A stretch of DNA of 17,377 nucleotides from NCBI RefSeq assembly GCF_000186305.1, contig NW_006536038.1, positions 1-17,377 of the forward strand, written 5' to 3'. The notes beneath the pieces are model-generated. The model searched no databases, was not told where the DNA came from, and was given only the letters and a program-made list of their open reading frames with translations. The DNA comes from Python bivittatus. Its lineage: Eukaryota. Shown here piece after piece: positions 9,631 through 17,377 of the stretch (the first letter of the stretch is position 1; each line of letters begins with the position of its first letter). Position numbers and translations under genes: made by a program.

Positions 9631-9770
9631 TCTTCTTGGGGCTTGTGGTTCCCAGTCACAGCTCCCAGGTTCTCGGCTGCAGCTTTGTGGCAGCCCCATG
9701 AGGACGGCCATAGAACGGCGCTACTTGAAAAAACCAGGTCTGGACCACACAGCCCATGTGCTCTTGGCAG
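9631..9770 (+). CDS. NWD1: Coding exon: (G)LLGACGSQSQLPGSRLQLCGSPMRTAIERRYLKKPGLDHTAHVLLA(+1 nt)
   Basis: Acceptor ctctgctctttctccatag|t. Donor cag|gtaaca at 9771. Phase 2 in, phase 1 out. The IERRYL block is conserved. Confidence 0.7.
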
Positions 9771-9993
9771 GTAACAGTTCCTTCATTCTTTTGGCAGAAC
9801 ATGACATGCTTTGCCTCTGTAGGGTCACTCCATTCTCTCCTAGTGTTTTCCAACCTTCTTAATCTTCAGCAGCATTTAAATAAAGGTAGGTCGCAATTCG
9901 TGCAAGTTTAAATAATGCGATATTTGATTTAGTGCAAATTGTAAATTGATGCCAGGTTGCATTTAATGCAACCCAAAATTCAGTTAATTTGAG

Positions 9994-10035
9994 GCTAGTG
10001 CATGCCCAATTGAAGCTAGTACATGCCCAATTGTG
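9994..10035. repeat. Tandem duplication of a 21-bp unit (gctagtgcatgcccaattgaa / gctagtacatgcccaattgtg)
   Basis: Two adjacent near-identical units. A perfect 19-bp palindrome ggttgcatttaatgcaacc lies nearby at 9955-9973. Confidence 0.7.
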
Positions 10036-10630
10036 GTTGGGGTTTAAGATGCTGCTAATCTTTGTCTCTGCAAAATGGAGAAAAGGAAGATTCTATCAGA
10101 AAGAACAGTAAGTTTAAAAAAGAAGAGACTCATAATTACAGCAAAAAAATTGATGTAATTGAACGACATAATGCTAAGTAGGAAGAGGTACTCGAATGCC
10201 TGAATCTACGGTAGAATTTTTATTTTTTATTTTGCTTTCTCTAACTACTCTGTGACTTGTTAACCATAAATTTAAAGTATTTTTGTTTTATCCTTTACTG
10301 TAATATTTAATTAATATACATATGAAATTTTATGTTTAAAATTTTTAATTGCCTATTTCCGTCGAGCTGGAACTAATTTCTGTGTTTTCCATAGAAATGT
10401 CACCTTGAATAGTGGGAATTCGAATAATGTGACCATTTCGTGGGATTCATTAACTGCACTAATTGAGACTTACCTGTACCTGTGTTCGATTGTGCTATCA
10501 TTTAATAGATCTTTGCAGCACCCCAGCCAGCCTCTAGAGGGCAGCAGTGTTTTTCATGGCGGGAGAGGGTGTTGAAATTCAGCCTGTAGGGGGCAGTATG
10601 AGCAGTTCCCTAATGTTTCCTCCCCTGTAG

Positions 10631-10719
10631 CTTACTGGTGGAAACTCTCAAATCCAGATGGTTCCTGGAACTTCCAGAAGTCTGAGGCAGAGGCCCTGAT
10701 TGCCCTGCCATACCACTTG
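10631..10719 (+). CDS. NWD1: Coding exon: (A)YWWKLSNPDGSWNFQKSEAEALIALPYHL
   Basis: Acceptor gtttcctcccctgtag|c. Donor ttg|gtaagt at 10720 (consensus). ALPYHL motif. Phase 0 out. Confidence 0.75.
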
Positions 10720-10956
10720 GTAAGTGACATGGATGCTCCTAAGCAACAACTTGGCCTGTTAGGTACTTCTAAGGAACACATTTGTAATGGATGTCATTTG
10801 AAGACTCTTCAATGATCCTGAGAAGCTGAACTCTTGGTCTGAGTAAAAGCAGTTCCTGGAGACTTCAATTTCTAGTCCTCACGGGTATGGAGAAAAATGG
10901 GTAAAAACAGGCAGAGAAATTCTGTGCAGATAAGGAAATGGACCTGCATCTTTCAG

Positions 10957-10998
10957 GGAAAAATGTCCATTTTAAAACAAATTCTTTTACATACGCAA
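10957..10998 (+). CDS. NWD1: Candidate small coding exon: GKMSILKQILLHTQ (weak donor; alternative exon 10850/10853..10900 also possible)
   Basis: Good acceptor gcatctttcag|g, but the donor is poor (caa|gtcttt at 10999). Phase 0 to 0 and the length fit the expected ~14-aa segment before exon 16. See finding on ambiguity. Confidence 0.35.
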
Positions 10999-11630
10999 GT
11001 CTTTATTAGTCTCTTTTAAAGTTCAATCCCTCCCAAAGCAACATACAAAAAAGAGCAACTTCAGCGAGCTTTTAGAGCAGCTGTTCTGAAATGTGTATGC
11101 TAAATATTACTTCTGTTAAAGGGGGTGTTATAAAGCAGAGCAGAAAATCAAGGGACGAAGGGAAGGGAACAGGGGACTGGGTTGGCCAGAATTCTTGTGC
11201 CTCCTAGTCTTAATGCTAGGCATCCAGAAAGGGTCCCTTGGTTATGGATTCTGCGCAGGATACATAACACAGTCCTTAAGCCATTTAAAAGTTAAGATTA
11301 GCATTTTGAGTTATACCTAGAAATGATGCAGCTTGTGCAAAATATTCAATAAAATACTCAATCTCTGGCTTCTTCCGTCATCCGGGCTTCTGCCCTTCGT
11401 GCCGACTACTTTGCATGTGCATACTTTTACAGTAACACGTTTAATTCATTTAAATAAATAAATTTGCAAAGGCATGCTGGGGTATGTTCAAGGGTGGACA
11501 CTAGATTGCAGGAGGTTTGATCTATAACCCGTCCATTCCAGTGGTACGGCCTTGCAGATCGCATAGCACCTTCCCGGCAATTTGACTGCCGCCCAGAGTC
11601 ACTGGTCTGAGATGGGCGGCTATATCAGTT

Positions 11631-11656
11631 GAATGAATGAATGAATGAATGAATGA
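11631..11656. repeat. (GAAT)n microsatellite (~6.5 units)
   Basis: gaatgaatgaatgaatgaatgaatga, immediately 5' of the hairpin element. Confidence 0.9.
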
Positions 11657-11668
11657 GGATGCTCTAAG

Positions 11669-11778
11669 GCAGTGTTTCTCAACCTTGGGAGCTTGAAGAT
11701 ATGTGGACTTCTGGCTGGGGAATTCTGGGACTTGAAGTCCACACATCTTCAAGTTGCCAAGGTTGAGAAACTCTGCTC
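11669..11778. mobile_element. MITE-like palindromic hairpin element, copy 1 (core ctggctggggaattctgggacttgaagtcca)
   Basis: Left arm gcagtgtttctcaaccttgggagcttgaagatatgtggacttc and right arm gaagtccacacatcttcaagttgccaaggttgagaaactctgc are ~85% reverse-complementary around the central core. Confidence 0.65.
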
Positions 11779-11869
11779 TAAGGATTTGCCTTCTTGAATT
11801 ATAACTGTTCTTCCTCAGGTCCAAAGTGGGCATTTGGACATCCTGGCATCTTTCCTGACTAATTTAAAG

Positions 11870-11933
11870 GTTGTCAGGGCTCATCTTCATCTGGGCCTCC
11901 TCCACGGCCTCTCTGAAGCCTACGCACTCTATG
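11870..11933 (+). CDS. NWD1: Coding exon: VVRAHLHLGLLHGLSEAYALY(+1 nt)
   Basis: Acceptor ctgactaatttaaag|g (weak tract). Donor atg|gtgagc at 11934. Phase 1 out matches the exon 17 entry. LSEAYALY resembles the NWD-family '...IELAYNY' segment. Confidence 0.55.
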
Positions 11934-12167
11934 GTGAGCCATTGTCAGATTGAAAGTAGGAGGTCAAAAAGCATCATTTCCCCCCCTGGAACTAGGTGGG
12001 GAATCACAGACTTAGAAAGGCGTTGCCATCTTTTGGCTAAGATGGAAAAATTGCAGGCTGGGTTTAGGGGTGGGTCTTGCAGTGGGCTGGATTGTGAAAC
12101 GGTTCTGTAGAAATGCAAGTGCCGTAAAGGGGACTGAAAACGTGAATCTGTCCATTGTCTTCTGTAG

Positions 12168-12393
12168 CAACAGCTGCTGGCTCAGAGCTCAACGAGACAG
12201 TCAACTTGTTCTCTGACTTTTTGCAAAGAAACTTTGGGCTGCTTTCCCAGAATCCCCTACTGCTCCTGCAGCAGGCGGCTAATGAACCCAGTTCCTCAGA
12301 CCTCTGCTTACAAGCCCAAGTGGCGCTGTGGAAGTGCGGGAAGCCTTTCCTGAAATGGGTTAACAAGCCTGAGAGGGCCCGGCAGACCAAGAG
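12168..12393 (+). CDS. NWD1: Coding exon: (A)TAAGSELNETVNLFSDFLQRNFGLLSQNPLLLLQQAANEPSSSDLCLQAQVALWKCGKPFLKWVNKPERARQTK(S)
   Basis: Acceptor tccattgtcttctgtag|c. Donor ag|gtaatt at 12394. Frame equals ORF 12155..12397. Phase 1 in, phase 2 out. Confidence 0.8.
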
Positions 12394-12477
12394 GTAATTC
12401 TACAAAGGAGGAATGGGGTCCTTTCCTTCCCAGGCATCTAACTAAGTTTTTTTTCCCCTTTTACTTTTACTTTACAG

Positions 12478-12595
12478 TCTTGTTTTGAACCTTCCTTCCA
12501 CTCCTTCTTCTGTTTCTCTTGCTCCTTCGGGAAAACTGGCCATCGTGGGTACCGTGGAGGGGACATTGCACCTCGTGGAGATGAATACTGGACAG
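12478..12595 (+). CDS. NWD1: Coding exon (first WD40-like blade): (S)LVLNLPSTPSSVSLAPSGKLAIVGTVEGTLHLVEMNTGQ
   Basis: Acceptor tttttttccccttttacttttactttacag|t. Donor cag|gtagaa at 12596. Frame equals ORF 12485..12703. Confidence 0.85.
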
Positions 12596-12662
12596 GTAGA
12601 AGTGATCCAAGTTGTCAGCAATGCTTTGGCTCCGGAGGCATTCAGGCTATGTGGTGGTGTTC

Positions 12663-12783
12663 GCTTAGAACAGTGTTGTCCAAACTTGGCCACTTTAAGA
12701 TGAGTGAACTGGCTGGGGAATTCTGGGAGTTGAAGTCCACTCATCTTAAAGTGGCCAAGTTTGGACAACACTGGCTTAGAACA
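12663..12783. mobile_element. MITE-like palindromic hairpin element, copy 2 (same family; core ctggctggggaattctgggagttgaagtcca)
   Basis: Perfect ~40-bp arms cagtgttgtccaaacttggccactttaagatgagtg / cactcatcttaaagtggccaagtttggacaacactg. Core is shared with copy 1. Explains ORFs 12649..12936(+) and part of 12472..12993(-). Confidence 0.7.
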
Positions 12784-13404
12784 TGTCTGCAATTCTTTAA
12801 AGCAATTGTGTGTTTGTGCAGGACTGCACAGCTGCCTTGCAATCTTGGGAACAGAAACAGCTGGTTTAAGGAGCTGACGAGAGATGCTGTGTGTGTTCCC
12901 CCTGTGTACTCTGAAAATCCTTTCAGTCTTTTTTAAAAAATCATTTGTAATTAATCTCTTTAAAAAAAGAAGAACGAGAAAACAAACAAGCAAAAAAAAT
13001 GATGCAAAGATATAATATCAGTAAGTGGACGAATAAGTTATAGAAGATGTACAGTTACTATTCCGTATATTGTTGAAGAAAAGTTAACCATAGAAAACAA
13101 ATGTATTATATTTAACAATAAGGAAAAGGGTTTTAGAGATCTTTTTGAATCTCTTGAGCCAAGTGTCAAAGTCTCCATTGTTTTGTTATTTGAAGATACC
13201 CTTAAAAAAGGAGGAAAGAAGAAAAACGACTAAAGGCATCCTTTTTATCTTTGAAATTGAAGCCCAGCACAACTTTGCTGCTTCATAGCTCTTTGCCCAA
13301 ATCCACACACACACGAAATGTTTGCATCAGATGAGCATAGTTGGATGAGGTGAATGGTTAGATCTGATTTGTGACTGCAAAATCTCCTCCTTCCAATGAT
13401 TTAG

Positions 13405-13529
13405 GAACAGAAATCTTTGTTGAGCTCATGTGATGGAATCTCGGCCTGCGCGTTCTTGTCAGAAACAACAGTTTGTCTCGGGGCCTTCAATGGACGGTTT
13501 GAACTTTGGAGTCTGAGAGAAGGATGCAG
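13405..13529 (+). CDS. NWD1: Coding exon (WD40): EQKSLLSSCDGISACAFLSETTVCLGAFNGRFELWSLREGC(R)
   Basis: Acceptor ttccaatgatttag|g. Donor cag|gtaatg at 13530. Joins exon 20 to give NGRFELWSLREGCRLLGMDAHKAQITDY, a textbook WD40 blade. The antisense ORF 13401..13841 here is spurious. Confidence 0.75.
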
Positions 13530-14495
13530 GTAATGGGGGCTGGGGGGATTTTTTTTTGTACCTCGAATAATGGAAGAAGCACAGGATAGCAGTCGACCAG
13601 AGCTGGAGAGCAGGGAAAAAGGATATGCCTTCCATAAAATTATGAGACTGGAAAGTGTTGATAGTTGTTTTACAAGAGGCAGCCTATATTTGCAAAATTC
13701 AAAGTAGAGCTGTAGCTTAAATTGTTGGGGTGGGCAACTTGACTGTCTTGAGCTGCCTGTAGACCCTGGATCCTCTTTAGCAACATCTTTGGATCTCCCT
13801 CCAACCACAAATGCGAAAATCGGGGCATAATTTCCGGCCATTTTGAGGTAGGAAACACGTAGAAAATGAAAGTACGTTTAACTTAGATCCAAATGATTAA
13901 ACGAGAACAAAGGAAAAAAGAACAGTGGGTCTGCTGATGGTGTCTTCACTTTTCCTGCACTAATAGCTAATTTTTTTCTAGTGTGCTCCTTTGTGTTTCG
14001 GGGTTAGTGCTCCTGATACAGTGGAGGAGTGGATCGTGAAAATGTCAGAGTTTATTGACACGGCAAAGTTAACTTGTTTGATTAGAGAAAAAACAAGAAA
14101 ACCCTTTTTGAAAGACTGGAAAACCTTATACGGACCTTTTGCTTAAAGAAGGGGAAAAAATGATACAATGCTTTATGGTTTTGAGGAGTGAAAAAGATGC
14201 AGATTAAGTGTGGGGTTGAAGGGATTTGTATAATATCCCAGATAATAACATTGAAATTAACTGTTAGAGAGAAGGTTGGAAGTCTCTCTCTTTCATAACT
14301 TTCATTTCTTTTCTTTTGCACTTTTTCTTTGCCTCTTGCTCTCTTTTTTTTCTTTAGCTTTATTTTTTACTTTATGTAAAACTCTGAATAAATATAACTT
14401 TTTACAAAAGGGTTAGTGCTTCTGCATTAATTCAGCTGCAGAGAGCCACCCTGTCTAAATGCTGCTTCAGATTCCCTGTTTCTTTATGGTTTTAG

Positions 14496-14595
14496 GCTCC
14501 TGGGTATGGATGCTCACAAGGCCCAGATTACAGACTACAGTACCGATTCAGATTGTAAACTGTTAGCTTCAGTGTCACTGGATGGCACTCTTAAG
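14496..14595 (+). CDS. NWD1: Coding exon (WD40): (R)LLGMDAHKAQITDYSTDSDCKLLASVSLDGTLK
   Basis: Acceptor cctgtttctttatggttttag|g. Donor aag|gtatta at 14596. Phase 2 in, phase 0 out. Confidence 0.85.
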
Positions 14596-14808
14596 GTATT
14601 ATTGACAGGGTTTAGGGGAGGGGGGAATACAGAGCTGGATTTAAGCATAAATTAAACCAGGTACAGCTTAGAGCCTCAATGTCTGAGGGGGGCTCTCAAA
14701 ATTTCAGATTTTTTTAAAAATTGTTTTTTTAAAAGACAATTTCATATATGAAAGTCTATAAATTAAGCCTTCCTCTTTGGCTCACATGATCTGGTTAATT
14801 GATTAAAA

Positions 14809-14811
14809 TAT

Positions 14812-14854
<43 letters not shown>

Positions 14855-14856
14855 TT
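14809..14856. repeat. (TTTA)n microsatellite (~12 units)
   Basis: tttatttatttattt... direct repeat. Confidence 0.9.
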
Positions 14857-15176
14857 GAACCAATTTATATAGCCATAGCCCACAGGCGACTGAAGAAGAA
14901 ACAAATATGCTTTGTTTCTGCATGCATTTGCCCCTTCTGTTCAAAGAGGGTCCTCCTCCACCCCATTATGGGTTGGATATGCATCTTGGTGGCATTTTTG
15001 CCGAGTTCAGTTGTTATGCTGCCTTCTTCTCTGTCAGCACTTGCCAAATAGAGCCGTTATAGCTTCTCATACTGTAGGGGCTCACCATGTCTAAGTCCAA
15101 TCCTGGGGGCATAACTGCAAGAAGTATAAGCATTTACAAAACCCCACAGTTCTCATCGTTTTAAAAAATTTCTCAG

Positions 15177-15332
15177 CTCTGGGAATCTGCACGTGGACGT
15201 GTGCTCCACCAGTGGGACTTCCCGTGCCCTTTGAACTGCGTGACCTTTCACCCAAAGAATCAATTGGTGGCTACTGGTGGATGGGACAGATCTGTCACTG
15301 TCTTGGATACAAATGGAATGAGCAAGATCTCG
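15177..15332 (+). CDS. NWD1: Coding exon (WD40): LWESARGRVLHQWDFPCPLNCVTFHPKNQLVATGGWDRSVTVLDTNGMSKIS
   Basis: Acceptor aaaaaatttctcag|c. Donor tcg|gtgaga at 15333. Frame equals ORF 15201..15437. Junction DGTLK|LWE is canonical WD40. Confidence 0.85.
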
Positions 15333-15456
15333 GTGAGATTGAGAGGGACTCGGCATATAACTGGGAGGTGCATGATTGATGGACCAAGCAGTGAAACCTG
15401 GTCTGGGGATTCTGAGGAAGCAGACGGTTTTCTTTGACTGCCGTTGTCCCTTACAG

Positions 15457-15666
15457 GTGATGAAGGATCATGATGCCTCCATCCATTCCATTTCCTTCTC
15501 TTCCACTGGGAAAGTTTTGGCAGTGGGTACTTTGGCTGGTTCCATCACCCTCTGGTCGTGGCAGGAGGCCACCATCCTGGCTTCATTCATGGCTCACTCT
15601 GGCTGTGTCTCTGTGGCTCAGTTCCTTTCAGAAGGAAAACTTCTTACAGCAGGAGAAGACTGCAAG
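15457..15666 (+). CDS. NWD1: Coding exon (WD40): VMKDHDASIHSISFSSTGKVLAVGTLAGSITLWSWQEATILASFMAHSGCVSVAQFLSEGKLLTAGEDCK
   Basis: Acceptor ctgccgttgtcccttacag|g. Donor aag|gtgcaa at 15667. Frame equals ORF 15376..15678. Confidence 0.85.
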
Positions 15667-16423
15667 GTGCAACTTTGATAATACTGAATGATGTGAAAGG
15701 CTGGTGGGAGGGATGCAAGGAGATCTGGGCCATGGGGAAGTTGGTTGGATGTGGGTATTTGAAAATTCTGTTATGCTTACAATGTACTATTCATAAATCT
15801 TCAATTTCTACCAGTACATCGATGAATACAGATGATTTTGCAGATGGCCACACTAGATAGTCTGTAATGAGAAAAAAAACCTCAATAAAAGTAAGCCCTA
15901 CAAATACGGGGCCAAACACCTTTTCCCCTATAAATTAAGCACATGAAATACCTGCAGTCTGTGGGTGGAAGAGAGAAGATTGAGACTGGGGATTTCTGAA
16001 TAGCCCAAGAAGCCTGGCTGTAGGCAAGACCTGGTTTCTAGTTCACACCTTTCCAGCTCAGAAGCAGCCTGCAATATGGAGTGCACCAGTAGCTCTGCAG
16101 GATGAAAAACTATTGCGTTTGTTGTCATTTTCCAATCCCTTTATACAGCTGAAAACCCACTTTCATTATTAAATGAAGACACCTCCATCAATATGAAATC
16201 TGGCACAGTTTATGTTGGAGTTTAGCCACAAATCAGGACAAACCAATGAGGAATGGCTGAGTCATTGCAGTCTTTTTTTAAAAATGAAATTGCTTTGAGA
16301 TTTTTGGCATTTTACAATTTTTTTATTTGCATGTGAATTCTTTTTTTTTTCAACGAAGTATATAAATATTGATAAACCTCAGTGTATGTGTTGTCTAACT
16401 GATAATTGTATCCGGATGCACAG

Positions 16424-16577
16424 GTCCAGATTTGCAAAGGCCGCTTGGGGCAACTTTGGAGCTCTTTAGGATCAGGAGCTCTTTCTCCGGCCCTGTGTAT
16501 GGCCTCAAATCTTGATGGCAGCCGATTGGCCGTGGGACACCACTCGGATGGTGTCTGGATCTACAGTCATCCTTGGC
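16424..16577 (+). CDS. NWD1: Coding exon (WD40): VQICKGRLGQLWSSLGSGALSPALCMASNLDGSRLAVGHHSDGVWIYSHPW(+1 nt); gene continues beyond window
   Basis: Acceptor tccggatgcacag|g. Donor tggc|gtaaga at 16578. Frame equals ORF 16406..16627. EDCK|VQICKGRLGQLW forms a WD40 blade. Phase 1 out implies more exons downstream. Confidence 0.8.
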
Positions 16578-16669
16578 GTAAGACAGTTATGGTTGGAAGT
16601 TTCTTCTGGGGGGGTGATACAGTGTAGTTCCTTCATTTACTATGGGGAACTGTGGCAGAAATCAATCAA

Positions 16670-16751
16670 CCTTCCTTCCTTCCTTCCTTCCTTCCTTCCT
16701 TCCTTCCTTCCTTCCTTCCTTCCATCCATCCATCCATCCATCCCCCCCCCC
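16670..16751. repeat. Compound microsatellite (CCTT)~13 (CCAT)5 C10
   Basis: ccttccttcc...tccatccatccatccatccccccccccc. Generates the artefactual ORF 16512..16760 (PSFLPSFLPSFL...). Confidence 0.9.
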
Positions 16752-17377
16752 ATTGTTTGATGTCTGAAACTGACCATCAGTCTTTATTGCTTGATGTTTA
16801 GAAATTGTATTTAATTTTTAGGCTCTTTGGTGGCAACCCCAATTTGCTAAATGTTTCAGCTGGAGTTCTACTTGATGATAATTGTCCTAGATGAACTGTA
16901 ATTTGAGGCAAAAGAACTAAGCAGAAGCCAGTATGGTGTAGGGATTAAGACTGGGGAGACCCACATATGTCCACTTCAGGGTGACTTTGGAACACATTCT
17001 CCCAGCCCAGCCTACTTCAAGTTGATTGTTGTAGGGGAAAGAGAAGAGATGATTAGATATGCTGTCTTGAAATATTGAAAGGAAACATGGTATATAAAAC
17101 AAAGAATGAGTAAAACTGAGAGTGTTTGGAATGTAGAGCATTTCTAAGAAGTCTCTTGGATAAGAAGACTTGGAGTTATTCTCCTCAGATGTTTGAGAAG
17201 CTCATTTTAATTCTTAAAACTACAGGGTTGGGTCTAGATCCACAAATGTCCTACAGTAAATTATGCCACTGGACAGTTCCTGTGAGCTTTCTCGTGGCAT
17301 ACTTTGTTGTAGAAGCAGCATACAGTCAGGTCCAGAAATATTGGGACATCGACACAATTCTAACATCTTTGGCTCTA

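Larger units (their letters stand above)
817..16577 (+). other. NWD1: Multi-exon protein-coding gene: NACHT (P-loop STAND NTPase) + WD40-repeat protein with DUF4062-like N-terminus (NWD1-like); 3' end lies beyond window
   Basis: There are 23-24 exons with GT-AG boundaries whose splice phases connect without contradiction. Concatenated peptide runs ...[11 protein letters not shown]...[10 protein letters not shown]... (DUF4062-like), ...RRFCARAKLL...LYVVSGEPGQGKTVFL (Walker A), ...TLVLLIDDADL (Walker B), then several WD40 repeats (DGTLKLWE, ATGGWDRSVTVLD, GSITLWSW, DGVWIYS). Segment-by-segment resemblance to my recollection of mammalian NWD1 (ELPYHL, VRERYL, LEQTHGQLLVAHVLGY blocks); from memory, not searched. 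Confidence 0.8.

Noticed and set aside
12472-12993. 173-aa minus-strand ORF, the longest in the window
   Set aside because: It runs through the palindromic MITE-like element and A-rich intron sequence. The ORF 11522..11833(-) contains a near-identical peptide (…GLQVPEFPSQ…) only because both cross copies of the same repeat.
13401-13841. 146-aa minus-strand ORF overlapping exon 19
   Set aside because: It is antisense to a well-supported WD40 exon and extends through intronic sequence. No recognisable motifs; typical long spurious ORF in vertebrate DNA.
16512-16760. ORF ending in PSFLPSFLPSFLPSFLPSIHPSIPPP
   Set aside because: The C-terminal half is a translation of the (CCTT)n(CCAT)n microsatellite. 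The real exon 23 ends at 16577 with a consensus GTAAGA donor.
1-17377. Prokaryotic-style reading: a STAND NTPase (NACHT-WD40) could suggest a bacterial antiphage NLR-like system
   Set aside because: The coding sequence is split into about 23 small exons with GT-AG introns, polypyrimidine tracts and phase-consistent junctions. The locus is full of vertebrate microsatellites and interspersed repeats. It is a eukaryotic gene, not an operon or defence island.

Overview
This window is eukaryotic (vertebrate) genomic DNA, not a prokaryotic locus. Interspersed repeats suggest a squamate reptile: a composite 'ggttgttaag' repeat, 'ccgtatatactc...ataagc' hairpin repeats, and palindromic MITE-like elements with a 'ggggaattctgggagttgaagtcca' core. 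Nearly all of the + strand is one large multi-exon gene for a NACHT/P-loop STAND NTPase with C-terminal WD40 repeats and a DUF4062-like N-terminus (NWD1-like). I reconstructed 23-24 coding exons between about 817 and 16577, and the gene runs past the 3' end of the window. Support for each exon comes from GT-AG splice sites, polypyrimidine tracts, splice-phase continuity across every junction, and peptide motifs: Walker A GEPGQGKT, Walker B LVLLIDDAD, and WD40 'DGTLKLWE'/'GGWDRSV' repeats. Most ORFs in the supplied six-frame track are intronic, antisense or repeat-derived artefacts; the track also uses GTG/TTG starts, so the ORF 'M' residues are not real initiators. The other features are intronic: microsatellites (A15, (CCT)n, (GAAT)n, (TTTA)n, (CCTT)n(CCAT)nC10), two copies of a MITE-like hairpin family, a roughly 400-bp foldback element, and a composite repeat at the 5' edge. 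I found no evidence of a novel defence or other system in the prokaryotic sense. The interesting points are gene-structure oddities: a weak or ambiguous exon 15 with an apparent local duplicate, weak donors, a possible start exon, and a shorter linker than mammalian NWD1. Repeat-to-splice-site juxtapositions are also worth a look. Coordinates were counted by hand and may be off by 1-2 nt.
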